64,000 bases of DNA from an uncultured Pseudomonadota bacterium (lineage in GTDB: Bacteria > Babelota > Babeliae > Babelales > Chromulinivoraceae). The position numbers were made by a program, and so were the translations under genes. The stretch spans positions 34,439 through 98,438 of the forward strand of contig CAYOQO010000001.1 of the NCBI GenBank assembly GCA_964406135.1. The letters run 5' to 3'. Below, piece after piece: positions 7,863-17,133 of this stretch. Numbering within the stretch: position 1 is the first letter of the stretch; every line of letters starts with the position of its first letter. The notes under the pieces are model-generated. The model was given only the letters and a program-made list of their open reading frames with translations, did not search any database and was not told where the DNA came from.

Positions 7863-9056
7863 ATGAAAAAAATCATTGTGATTGGCGCATCTGCTGCCTC
7901 TGTTGCATTCATTTCAAAGTTGCGATCTTTTGATCAAGAGTCGCAGATAATCTGTTTTTCTGGTGAGCCCAGTTTGCCGTATAATCGATGTTTTTTAGCA
8001 GATTTTTTAACTGGGGAGCAAACTCAAGAACAGTTGCAACTGAAACCGCAAGATTTTTTTGAAAAAAATAATGTTGATTTGAGGCTGAACTCGTGGGTTT
8101 GTAAAATTGATCCAGAAAATAAAAAGGTAACAGTTGCGGATGATTTTTTTGATTTTGATTATCTTTTTTTAGGGATGGGCTGTCGACCATTTGTGCCAAA
8201 TTTTTTACAAGGCGATCAACCATTGGGTGTTTTTACCTTTCACACCCTGTCTGATATGCAAAAAATTAAAAATTTTATTGATCAAGAGCAACCACAATTT
8301 GCAGTGGTTATTGGTGCAGGTTTGAATGGGATTGAAGCGGTTAGTTCTTTAATTGATTTAAAAATGAACGTGACGGTAGTTGAAGCTGCATCAGCAATTT
8401 TGCCTGGTCAGGTTGATCTTGAGCTTGCTGCATGGCTTACTGGTCGTATCAACCAGGCTGGTGTTCAGGTAATTACCGGACATAAAGTTGTAGCTGTTGA
8501 TCAAAAAAATAATAGAATCTGTTCAGCTACTTTGGATGATGGCACGATAGTTTCAACACAGATGATTATTATTGCTGCAGGATCAGTGGTAAATTCAGAT
8601 TTGGTTCAAGATGTTGATGTCGTGACGATGAACGGGTCCATTGTGGTTGATGATCGCTTAAAAACGAATTTTGATTATGTTTTTGCTGCCGGTGATGTAT
8701 GCGCAGTTTCAGATATGGTATCTAAAAAATTAACACGTAGCGCAACTTGGTCTGATGCAATGCTTCAAGGGTTATGTGCAGCAACCAATTTAAGTGCAAC
8801 TGCGCGAACATACCCTGGAATTGTTGGTTTGCGTGATTCCTATTTTTTTGGGCTTGATTTTTATGCTTGTGGACAAACCGTGGGACATGATGATTCTGTG
8901 CAGGTGATTGATCAAAGTGATGGGTTAACCATAAAAAAATTTTATCTTAAAAATGATCGATTGGTTGGTTTTGTATTCATGGGTGATATTTCAAAATTAG
9001 CTGAATACAAAATGTGGTACATGACTCAAAAAGCAGTAAATTCTTTAATTTTTTGA
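7863..9056 (+). CDS. FAD-dependent pyridine nucleotide-disulfide oxidoreductase (Nox/Npx/CoADR-like)
   Basis: Two Rossmann motifs (IVIGASAASVA, VVIGAGLNGIEA), a single Cys in LPYNRCFLADF at the position of the redox Cys of this family, and FAAGDV. Confidence 0.75.
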   Translation: MKKIIVIGASAASVAFISKLRSFDQESQIICFSGEPSLPYNRCFLADFLTGEQTQEQLQLKPQDFFEKNNVDLRLNSWVCKIDPENKKVTVADDFFDFDYLFLGMGCRPFVPNFLQGDQPLGVFTFHTLSDMQKIKNFIDQEQPQFAVVIGAGLNGIEAVSSLIDLKMNVTVVEAASAILPGQVDLELAAWLTGRINQAGVQVITGHKVVAVDQKNNRICSATLDDGTIVSTQMIIIAAGSVVNSDLVQDVDVVTMNGSIVVDDRLKTNFDYVFAAGDVCAVSDMVSKKLTRSATWSDAMLQGLCAATNLSATARTYPGIVGLRDSYFFGLDFYACGQTVGHDDSVQVIDQSDGLTIKKFYLKNDRLVGFVFMGDISKLAEYKMWYMTQKAVNSLIF

Positions 9057-9128
9057 CTAAATTAGCCATTTTTATTCTTTTTGTTAAACTGTTTTATATT
9101 GTTTTTGCTATTAAACAAGGTGTTTTGT

Positions 9129-9407
9129 ATGAAAAAATTGATTATGCTTTTAGCTATATTTGGAAGTTTTAATTTAAATTTTGGCTCATCAAATCGAGGT
9201 GATGGATTTACAACACCACCGCCAAGTGGTATTCGGCAAACAGTAGATGATTTGAGCGAACTGTTGGAAAGAAAACGAGCTTTGGAAAAGAGACCTAGAG
9301 GAGTAGCAGTACCGGTAGCGTTTAGATTGAGATTATTTCTATTTGACGATACTGAGTCTATGAAATCTATGATTTTACGACAAGGTACATGCAACGCAGC
9401 TGATTAA
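9129..9407 (+). CDS. Small secreted hypothetical protein
   Basis: AAGGTG SD, signal peptide MKKLIMLLAIFGSFNLNFG, and a strong terminator directly downstream. Preferred over the mirror ORF on the minus strand. Confidence 0.55.
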   Translation: MKKLIMLLAIFGSFNLNFGSSNRGDGFTTPPPSGIRQTVDDLSELLERKRALEKRPRGVAVPVAFRLRLFLFDDTESMKSMILRQGTCNAAD

Positions 9408-9432
9408 TAAATTTGTAGAATAATAATTAAAG

Positions 9433-9465
9433 AGCCTTTGGTGTAAAAATCAAAGGCTTTTTTTA
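9433..9465 (+). terminator. Rho-independent terminator
   Basis: AGCCTTTG...CAAAGGCT stem followed by TTTTTTT. Confidence 0.75.
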
Positions 9466-9557
9466 TATTTAAAATAAGCGTTTTTTTAAAAACCTTGTTA
9501 TTTTTGTTCCATTTTGAGTAGATTGTAAACTGAAAATAGGGTTTAAAGGGGGTATTT

Positions 9558-10040
9558 GTGAAGCAAATCCTAACAATTTTTTTTATGTTTTATGCAATGG
9601 TAAATCAAGCAAGTTTTTTACCCAGTATTTTTGCAGATCCCAAGATTGCAGAGCGAGTAGATCGGCAATTGCATTTTAAGCAGCAGGTATATCTTTGCAA
9701 AAAGACTGAACCATTAATTTTCGCATACTGTTATCAAACTTTGCGTCAACAAGATCCGCAGGTATGGCATAAACTTATAGACCATTTTGCTCAAACCAAT
9801 ACAAAATTAGATCGAAATCAAGTTTTACAAACGATGGCCAAATGGATGTTACAAAACATGGAGCATGTACGACTTAAAAAAAAATTAGATAATTTTATGC
9901 TGAAGCAAGAAAAAAAAATAGTATGGATTATGCAGTATGGCATTCATGTTCCTGAGTATCAACAAAAAGTTGCTTTGCAAATTGAAAAATTCAGAAAATT
10001 TCGAGTAATAAATTTTGATCCATTTTTAATTTCAAGATAA
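9558..10040 (+). CDS. Hypothetical secreted protein
   Basis: GTG start behind an AAAGGGGG SD. N-terminal signal-like segment ILTIFFMFYAMVNQASF. Confidence 0.55.
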   Translation: MKQILTIFFMFYAMVNQASFLPSIFADPKIAERVDRQLHFKQQVYLCKKTEPLIFAYCYQTLRQQDPQVWHKLIDHFAQTNTKLDRNQVLQTMAKWMLQNMEHVRLKKKLDNFMLKQEKKIVWIMQYGIHVPEYQQKVALQIEKFRKFRVINFDPFLISR

Positions 10041-10063
10041 AAAAATTTTAAAGGGGGGTTGTT

Positions 10064-10441
10064 ATGAAATTTTTTAAATATTGCATGGTAATGTATTTTG
10101 GAGCAATGACTTGTGCTCATGCAGAATCATTGCCTATGAAAAAATATGAAAATGAAATTATCAAGGTTGATGAAATAGCAGGAGTTGCGAGTTATACTTT
10201 GGTGCTTTCTTGCACACAATTACACCCAATCGTGGTGTATGCGCCAAATAATTTTTCAGAAAGTCAGCAAGATCAAGTACATCGTTATGTGTTACCAAAC
10301 ACAACATTGTCTGAAAACGTAGATAATCAGCATGCTTTGGTACAGCAAGATGGTCATCATGTAGAAGTTTTATTGTTTGGTTCATTGTTATTGCAGACTA
10401 CAGGAAATCATAAAGCAAATTTTATGGTGAGTTTAAAATAA
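10064..10441 (+). CDS. Hypothetical secreted protein
   Basis: AAAGGGGGG SD and signal peptide MKFFKYCMVMYFGAMTCAHA. Confidence 0.55.
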   Translation: MKFFKYCMVMYFGAMTCAHAESLPMKKYENEIIKVDEIAGVASYTLVLSCTQLHPIVVYAPNNFSESQQDQVHRYVLPNTTLSENVDNQHALVQQDGHHVEVLLFGSLLLQTTGNHKANFMVSLK

Positions 10442-10471
10442 AATATGTTTATTTTTTATAGGGGAGTAGGT

Positions 10472-11881
10472 ATGAAGCAGTGTAAATTTTTCTATGTTGC
10501 AACAATATTATTTTTGCAGGCGGTATATTTATCAGGATCTTTTACGGTAACTGGATTTTCAGAAGCTGAAGTACGAGAAAGAAAACTAGAAGATCTAGCG
10601 CAAATGTTAAAAGAAAGCTTGTCAACTTTTTTAAATAAGCCTGAATTTACCAATGAAATTGTAATTTTGCAGCAAATTCAGGAGTTGAAAAAAGAAAAAT
10701 TATTTGAAGATGCTTTACTAAAAAATTTCAATGGAACAGGTTCATTACTTGAAATATTCATGAATGAACCATCTGTTTTAATGATGTTGCTTTCAAATTT
10801 AGATGGGGATTCAAAAATTTTTGAAATTAAAGATCGAGATAGAAATAATATTTTACATAAACTTGCTTACAAAGCTTTAGAACATCAAGGCTCTTTGGAT
10901 GGAAAGAAAGAGAAATATCTTGAATTGATTGGGATGTTGCAAAGCAATTATGGTTCAAAATATAATAAATTATTAAGTGAAAAAAATTTAGAAGCTATTG
11001 ATCCTTTTTCAATAATGAGTAACAACAAAGAAGCTATTGCATTGACATTGTTCGATAAAATACAGAATGCGTGGAACCTTGATAATAATGTTCATTTGAA
11101 GGCAATAAATGAACTTAAAGCATATTGCGAGTTGCTGGCAAAGAGAAAAATTTTGCAAGATGTTGTTTGGACAAATCTTTCAGGAATTTTATTGTTTGAA
11201 TATTTTAAGCAAGATTCTGAATTGTTGAATATTTTATTTTTTTATATGACAAATTTTAATGCAGTTTTTGAATCTAAAACTGCAAAAAATTGGAATATTT
11301 TGCATGATCTTGTTCATAGGATGCGAATGAGCAATGATCTGATCAAAAAACAAGAATATTTTAATTGTATGAAATTTTTACAAAACGAAAATCCTGTAAA
11401 ATTTGAACAGTTAATGCTTACAGACAATCAAGAAGATATTACGCCTTTGGAAATGATGAGAAAAGAGGAACCATTTTTGGATATGGTTATGGTTAAGAAT
11501 TTCAATCTATCAAAAGCTTCAACGAATCTTTTAAAAGCCATTTTTATGGCAGCATTCAATCGATATTTTAATGGAATTATTAATAATGAGCAGCTTTCTG
11601 CAATTGTACAAAAAATTAAAGATCAATGTTCTTTTGATTTTATTCAAAATGCTTTGAGTGCTCGTATTAATGGAAATATTATTTTTGATCATGCAAATGA
11701 TTCTTTGATATTTAAAGATCTTCTTTTTACGTATTTCCCATCAAATGAAGCACTTGAAAAATTAGGAGGGGTTAATCGTGTAAAAGTTTTATTACAAAAT
11801 AAAATAAATAATAATAGAGTAACAAAGTCTGCATGGATTGCACTAAAGAATGATTTTGATAAAAAATATCTTTCAAGATAA
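10472..11881 (+). CDS. Hypothetical secreted protein with an internal duplication of about 110 aa (degenerate ankyrin-like helical repeats?)
   Basis: GGGGAGTAGG SD before ATG 10472, and a signal peptide. The two halves share ...LL.E.F......L..L........F....R/K..NILH.L..... ..TP/DP. Confidence 0.6.
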   Translation: MKQCKFFYVATILFLQAVYLSGSFTVTGFSEAEVRERKLEDLAQMLKESLSTFLNKPEFTNEIVILQQIQELKKEKLFEDALLKNFNGTGSLLEIFMNEPSVLMMLLSNLDGDSKIFEIKDRDRNNILHKLAYKALEHQGSLDGKKEKYLELIGMLQSNYGSKYNKLLSEKNLEAIDPFSIMSNNKEAIALTLFDKIQNAWNLDNNVHLKAINELKAYCELLAKRKILQDVVWTNLSGILLFEYFKQDSELLNILFFYMTNFNAVFESKTAKNWNILHDLVHRMRMSNDLIKKQEYFNCMKFLQNENPVKFEQLMLTDNQEDITPLEMMRKEEPFLDMVMVKNFNLSKASTNLLKAIFMAAFNRYFNGIINNEQLSAIVQKIKDQCSFDFIQNALSARINGNIIFDHANDSLIFKDLLFTYFPSNEALEKLGGVNRVKVLLQNKINNNRVTKSAWIALKNDFDKKYLSR

Positions 11882-11896
11882 AAATAGTTAATTGGT

Positions 11897-11936
11897 AAAA
11901 AAGATCTTTGTCTAGTCTGGGCAAAGATCTTTTTTC
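11897..11936 (+). terminator. Rho-independent terminator
   Basis: AAAAAAGATCTTTG...CAAAGATCTTTTTT. Confidence 0.75.
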
Positions 11937-12027
11937 TGTTAAACTGTCTGCACGTTTACACAATCTTTTTTTTGTAGCATAGATAGTGGTACCTGTCGTA
12001 CCAATGTAACCATGAAAATTAAATACT

Positions 12028-13431
12028 ATGAATGTTGTTCACGAACAGATTTGGCAAGATTTTTTAAAAATTATTCGCGAAGAGGTTGGGTCTCGCGTTG
12101 TTGAAACGTGGATTAAAGCCGTAACTTTTTCGCGTTACGATGTTGTGAGCCGCGATTTGTATGTTTGCGTTCCTAATTTGTTTGTAAAAAATTGGGTTGA
12201 AATTCATTATAAAGAACTTTTTTGCAGGCATTTGAAACGGTTATTGGGTGTTGAGCAATTAACTATTCATTTTATGATTCAAAATGGTGTTGTTCAATCG
12301 ATGGTGCAGCATGTTGAATCTTCAAAAATTTTGCCCGCCATTCAAGAGCCTGTTCGTAAAAAAAAGAATGAACTTGTAAAAAAAATCGTTCACAGCTCGC
12401 AATTTGCAACTACAAAATTAAATTCAATGTACACCTTTGAAACTTTTGTGGTTGGTGATAATAATCAGTTTGCCTATGCTTCTGCACAAGCTGTTGCTGG
12501 GAAAGTTGGTCGTTTGTACAATCCATTGTTGTTGTATGGTGGCTCGGGACTTGGAAAAACTCATTTATTGCATGCGATTGGCAATCAGATTCTTCAAACA
12601 TATCCTGGAATCAATGTTTTGTATCAAACTGCTGATCGTTTTATTTCTGAATTTATTCATGCTATTCGTTTTGATACGGTAGCAAAATTTCAAGCAACGT
12701 ATAAAGAAGTTGATGTGCTTTTAGTTGATGATATTCAGTTCATGGTTAACAAAGAACAAACGCAAGAAATTTTTTTTCATATTTTTAATAATTTATATGA
12801 ATCAAATAAACAGATTGTTCTTTCATGTGATACATTGCCTCGTTATTTGGGAGGTCTTGCTGATCGATTAAAATCAAGGCTTGAGTGGGGACTGATTGCA
12901 GATGTTCAAATTCCACAACTTGAAACAAAAATTGCAATTTTAAAACGGAAAGCATTTTTACAAGGTGAATCTTTAGAAGAATCAGTAGCTCAATTTATTG
13001 CACAGCAAAATATTTACAGTGTTCGAGAGCTTGAGGGAGCATTAATTCGTGTGCTTGCCTATGCGTCACTGACAGCACAACCAGTAACCATTGATTTAGT
13101 TCGTAAAGTTTTAGGAACTTCATATGAACAAAAATCTGTGGTAAGTCAGGTAGATTTTATAACTATTGTAAATTTAATTAAAAAACATTTGTCCTACGAT
13201 TTGACCATGCTTCGTTCAAAAGATCGTAGTAAAGGTGTCAATCATGCACGGCAGTTGGCAATGTATTTGATGAAGCAATATACGAATAAATCATTGCGAG
13301 AAATTGGAGAGTTTTTAGATCGAAAAGACCATACAACCATCACGCATGCAGTTCAAAAAATTACATCATTGAAAGCATCGGATGAAAAATTAGCATTCTT
13401 TTTAAGAACCTTAGAAGAAGAACTTGATTAA
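12028..13431 (+). CDS. dnaA: Chromosomal replication initiator protein DnaA
   Basis: Walker A GGSGLGKTHLLHAIGN, Walker B LLVDDIQF, sensor/box VII region, and C-terminal DNA-binding helix-turn-helix ...DHTTITHAVQKI. Confidence 0.95.
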   Translation: MNVVHEQIWQDFLKIIREEVGSRVVETWIKAVTFSRYDVVSRDLYVCVPNLFVKNWVEIHYKELFCRHLKRLLGVEQLTIHFMIQNGVVQSMVQHVESSKILPAIQEPVRKKKNELVKKIVHSSQFATTKLNSMYTFETFVVGDNNQFAYASAQAVAGKVGRLYNPLLLYGGSGLGKTHLLHAIGNQILQTYPGINVLYQTADRFISEFIHAIRFDTVAKFQATYKEVDVLLVDDIQFMVNKEQTQEIFFHIFNNLYESNKQIVLSCDTLPRYLGGLADRLKSRLEWGLIADVQIPQLETKIAILKRKAFLQGESLEESVAQFIAQQNIYSVRELEGALIRVLAYASLTAQPVTIDLVRKVLGTSYEQKSVVSQVDFITIVNLIKKHLSYDLTMLRSKDRSKGVNHARQLAMYLMKQYTNKSLREIGEFLDRKDHTTITHAVQKITSLKASDEKLAFFLRTLEEELD

Positions 13432-13434
13432 AAA

Positions 13435-14541
13435 TTAAAATGATGTTGCATGTTCAAGGCGTTCTTTTTTGCTTCGGTAGACAATATTGCAAAAACCTTT
13501 ACCTGCAAGTTCTAAGACCCACCCGCTGTATTTTTTAGCTTTCATGCTACGATTTAAACCAACCATTAATCGAAAATCTTCAGTATCCAAAAGCACGTAA
13601 TTGTGTGTCCCTTTTTCAATAACAATGTTTCCAGAATGAGGATCGATTAAAAATCCAGTATCTGTGGCAATTTTCATTGATAATCGATTTAAATCAGATT
13701 GTGGTTGTTTTGCTTCAGTTTCAATAAAATCTGAAATAGTTGCGTAAATACTTGGCAATAACATAGTTTCACGAAAGCCATTACAGCTCCATTCAATTTT
13801 TAAATCATAATTTTTGTTTGGTTTCCAATACCATTTGCGTGGAAATTGCAGTGATTTTAAATAAAAAGGATTGAAACTGAGCATATGCTGAATACGTTCT
13901 AAATTTGGAATGCGAGTAAAGTTTGATAAATGGCGTAAATTTCCACCAACAACAAATCTGCCCATAGCTTCAATACTTTTTGAAGCAAATGGTTGAACAA
14001 TGGTATGTGGATGTTCAATGGATAGTTTTAAAACAAAAGGGTAATCTTTGAATTTTACAATGATAAGTCCTGAAAGATTTTTGTAACTAAAATCACTATC
14101 TTTCAAAACTTTTACATGCGTAAACTTTTTTTGACCAACTTTGATCTCTTCTAAAAAATCTTGTGTTAATTTTGAAAGTGTTGTTCCTGAGACACTGCCA
14201 TTTCCATTGCGGAACTGGATGACTTCCTGAGGAAGTAAGTGATTATTGAAATATTGTTCATCAAAACCATTTTTGATTGGTTTTATTCTAAAAAAAGTTC
14301 GGCCTTCAAAAAGTTTGTAACATTTTTTATGTTCTGTTTTTTTCTTAAAGTTCTTTTTTGATTGTTTATAGTTTTTTACGGATATCCATGTTTGGGCATA
14401 TTCAGGATCTGTTGAAGAAACTGTGATATCAGGAATAGTTATATCTTCTGGTCTTCGTGGGTTACGACTTAAGTTGAAGTTTGAAGTGAGCAGAAATAAG
14501 AAAAAAAATAAGCAAGTCCTTTGAGCCTGAGCTTTATTCAT
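13435..14541 (-). CDS. Hypothetical secreted protein, possible atypical protein-kinase-like fold
   Basis: Signal peptide (CLFFFLFLLTS). C-terminal half has FVLKLS (beta3-Lys-like), IDPHSGNIVI (D-x-H-x-x-N catalytic-loop-like) and VLLDTEDF (metal-binding Asp-like). Confidence 0.55.
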   Translation of the reverse strand: MNKAQAQRTCLFFFLFLLTSNFNLSRNPRRPEDITIPDITVSSTDPEYAQTWISVKNYKQSKKNFKKKTEHKKCYKLFEGRTFFRIKPIKNGFDEQYFNNHLLPQEVIQFRNGNGSVSGTTLSKLTQDFLEEIKVGQKKFTHVKVLKDSDFSYKNLSGLIIVKFKDYPFVLKLSIEHPHTIVQPFASKSIEAMGRFVVGGNLRHLSNFTRIPNLERIQHMLSFNPFYLKSLQFPRKWYWKPNKNYDLKIEWSCNGFRETMLLPSIYATISDFIETEAKQPQSDLNRLSMKIATDTGFLIDPHSGNIVIEKGTHNYVLLDTEDFRLMVGLNRSMKAKKYSGWVLELAGKGFCNIVYRSKKERLEHATSF

Positions 14542-14755
14542 ACCAATTTTGTCTTTCGTAAAGATGCTTACAGTATACCATTTTTACGTTTTTTCTGCAA
14601 ATTAAGGCAATTTGTAAGCTTGGTGATTGTTAAGGTGATTGAAGAGCATTTTTTGGTCATTTTTGACAAGAACCATTTGCTGTGGTTGTCTTGGTGTGCT
14701 AGAAAATCAATAGCAATGAGTAGTAACTTAATAATTGTACGTAAGGATGGGGAAA

Positions 14756-15286
14756 ATGGTTCATAATAGTAATGATCAAAATCATAAAAAATTGTTGACA
14801 AAATTGAGTGATTTTTCCAAAAATATGACTCAAAACCATCATCTTGAAAATTTGTCAGAATTCGTTTTGCACGATATGTGTGCAATCGATCAATTTCAAG
14901 TGCCAAAAGCTGCATATTTGGTTAATAACCCTGATTTTACTTGCTTAAAGGGTGTTGCAGGGTACCATATTCCAGAATCGTTTCAAAAGGGTGATGTTTG
15001 GGCACATCAAAAAGCCTTTACCTCACATATGAAAAATTCCAATTTTAATCAAAAGGTTCGATTGGTTCAGGATAAATCTTTGATTTTGAGTGATTCGGAT
15101 CGTACAAATTCAAAAGTTTTTGAATTTGCAGACCGCCTTGGAATTGATAATCCAACCTATCATGCCTGGAATTTGAAGCATGATAATCAAGGAATCTTGA
15201 TTTTTGAAAAGCCGCAAGATTTTGATCTAGGCGAAGAGCATTTTTTACAATTTTTGTATATGCTTTCATTTTGCCCAGTTTTTTAA
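14756..15286 (+). CDS. Hypothetical protein
   Basis: AAGGATGGGG SD before ATG 14756. ORF of 176 aa, no family recognised. Confidence 0.5.
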   Translation: MVHNSNDQNHKKLLTKLSDFSKNMTQNHHLENLSEFVLHDMCAIDQFQVPKAAYLVNNPDFTCLKGVAGYHIPESFQKGDVWAHQKAFTSHMKNSNFNQKVRLVQDKSLILSDSDRTNSKVFEFADRLGIDNPTYHAWNLKHDNQGILIFEKPQDFDLGEEHFLQFLYMLSFCPVF

Positions 15287-15365
15287 TCAAAATCTTGAAT
15301 TAGCTCTCTGATCTGATGTATCCTATTTATAGAAGAATATTTTATAAAAGGGGAGAAATGGGACC

Positions 15366-15506
15366 ATGGGGAGAAAGAACGCTTCAGCTCGTATTAAAAA
15401 TAAAGTCAAAAAAATGATCGCTCGATCAATTGCTCAAATGGAAAAGACTGTAGGCAAAGAACGTTATTCATTTAAAGCACGACATCATCAAAACAAGAGC
15501 AAATAA
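15366..15506 (+). CDS. Candidate small highly basic protein (46 aa), absent from the ORF track
   Basis: AAAGGGGAG SD lies about 10 nt upstream. Product is MGRKNASARIKNKVKKMIARSIAQMEKTVGKERYSFKARHHQNKSK*. Confidence 0.35.
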   Translation: MGRKNASARIKNKVKKMIARSIAQMEKTVGKERYSFKARHHQNKSK

Positions 15507-15524
15507 TTTTAAAGTAACTGCTTT

Positions 15525-15800
15525 TTAAGCAGCTTTTGGTGCCGGAGCTTCAGGCATAGGAGCTATTTTTGGTTCAATTGGATGTGCTGGCATTTCTAAA
15601 GGATGTATCGGCATTGGTGCTGCATGAGGTTGCATTGCATCTGTTTTTTTAGGATGCTCAACCATCGTTTTTGGTTCTTGCATGTGGGTTGGTGCAACAT
15701 TGACTGTTTTCTTGCAACATCCACACCAATCACATCCTGAAAAAGTTAGTATGAAAAATTCTGTAAAAACTATAGAAATGATTGCTTGTTTTTTATTCAT
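15525..15800 (-). CDS. Small Cys- and Pro-rich lipoprotein candidate
   Basis: Lipobox-like LTFSGC, then a CDWCGCCKK cluster and a PxxP-rich tail (PMPIHPLEMPAHPIEPKIAPMPEAPAPKAA). Confidence 0.6.
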   Translation of the reverse strand: MNKKQAIISIVFTEFFILTFSGCDWCGCCKKTVNVAPTHMQEPKTMVEHPKKTDAMQPHAAPMPIHPLEMPAHPIEPKIAPMPEAPAPKAA

Positions 15801-15813
15801 ATTGATCCTTTTT

Positions 15814-17046
15814 TTATGAACTTTTTAAAGTTTCGACAATTTTAATTTTTGATATGTACTTTGTTGCAAACCAAGCAGCAATGATGCTGATCAAAATTGT
15901 TAGGATAAAAATAACAGAAAAAACAAACAGTTCAAGTTGAATTGGTAAGTAATCTGAATCGTAAATATTGTCAGGAAGTTTTATGAATGGATATTTTTGA
16001 AACAAGATTCCAATAATCCATGCAATGCTTAGTCCTAAAGAGCTTGCAATCGTTGCAATGATACTGCTCATGCTCAGAAAAATTTTTTTAATATCATGCT
16101 CAGACATTCCAAAACAAAGCAAAATGGCAATGTCGCGTTTTTTTTGTGTGATATACATGCTGATCAGTGACATGATGTTCATGCTTGCTACAAAAATAAT
16201 GAGCATTAAAATAAAAATCATAGCATATTTTTCTAATTTTAAAGCAGCAAGTAATGTTGGATACAGATCTTTCCAGGAATAAATATCATCTTTTAAAATA
16301 GGCTTTAATTCTTGCAATGTTTGTTGTTCGTATTTCAAATTTGTTAATTTGATATGAATTTGATCAACCGGATGATTTAAAAATAGTTGATCAAAAAAAG
16401 TTTGATGACAAAAAATCATTGAACTATCAAGCTCTTCAATTCCGGTTTTAAAAATTCCTGCCACAATTGCAGCATGATGATCAAATTTCATGCATAAACC
16501 GAATGTTGATTGTTCTGATGAGCATAAAATAAAAATATCATCATCGATGCAAAGATCTAAATTTTCTGCGAGATTTGCTCCAATCAAAATTTGATTATCA
16601 TGAACTAAGTTGGGGAGTGTTTGATCTTTTGGGCTCATAATTTTGGTTGCAATGTTGCTGACTTGAATTTCATCTGATGGAATAATTGCTCGAATCATGA
16701 TCATGCTTGGTGTTTGATCAATTTCAGGATTGCACAGTAATGCTTGATGATATTTTTGATAAGCAGTATGAGCAACATGCAATTTTGGATCTGAAAGTTT
16801 TTGTTCAATTTCATGTTGTTGATGCATTTGATCTTGCATGTTAATAATTAAATCAGGATAAATTGATTGCATTTTTTTGTAAGTTGCTTGTTCAAAACCG
16901 TTCATGATTGAAACAACAAGAGCCAAGCAACTGGTTGCTACTAAAATTCCGATAAAGCATATTTTAATCATCAGTTTTATGGTTGCTTGTTGATGTTTGG
17001 TAAGCAGATAACGAATAGCTAAATGTAAAAAATTTTTACGCATCAA
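15814..17046 (-). CDS. LolC/LolE-family lipoprotein-release ABC transporter permease (FtsX-like)
   Basis: N-terminus RKNFLHLAIRYLLTKHQQATIKL.. plus TM, a large periplasmic loop, and three C-terminal TMs typical of MacB/LolCE permeases. Confidence 0.85.
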   Translation of the reverse strand: MMRKNFLHLAIRYLLTKHQQATIKLMIKICFIGILVATSCLALVVSIMNGFEQATYKKMQSIYPDLIINMQDQMHQQHEIEQKLSDPKLHVAHTAYQKYHQALLCNPEIDQTPSMIMIRAIIPSDEIQVSNIATKIMSPKDQTLPNLVHDNQILIGANLAENLDLCIDDDIFILCSSEQSTFGLCMKFDHHAAIVAGIFKTGIEELDSSMIFCHQTFFDQLFLNHPVDQIHIKLTNLKYEQQTLQELKPILKDDIYSWKDLYPTLLAALKLEKYAMIFILMLIIFVASMNIMSLISMYITQKKRDIAILLCFGMSEHDIKKIFLSMSSIIATIASSLGLSIAWIIGILFQKYPFIKLPDNIYDSDYLPIQLELFVFSVIFILTILISIIAAWFATKYISKIKIVETLKSS

Positions 17047-17133
17047 ATTCTCTTGTCAATTATTTTTCTTTCATATACGTTGATGCATGTATTTTATCAC
17101 AATGAAAAAGTTAAAAACAGGATGGAGTTTCAT

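Noticed and set aside
9062-9394. 110-aa minus-strand ORF mirroring the 9081/9129-9407 plus-strand ORF
   Set aside because: The plus-strand version has an AAGGTG SD, a clear signal peptide and a terminator directly downstream. The minus-strand version has none of these.
11882-12027. oriC immediately upstream of dnaA
   Set aside because: The spacer is only 146 nt and is mostly occupied by a terminator. I found no 9/9 or 8/9 match to TTATCCACA by eye, so I cannot call an origin here.
14521-14915. ORFs 14521-14766 (+) and 14568-14915 (-) in the divergent spacer
   Set aside because: No SD, odd composition, and overlap with the start of the better-supported 14756-15286 gene. They are probably chance ORFs in a promoter region.
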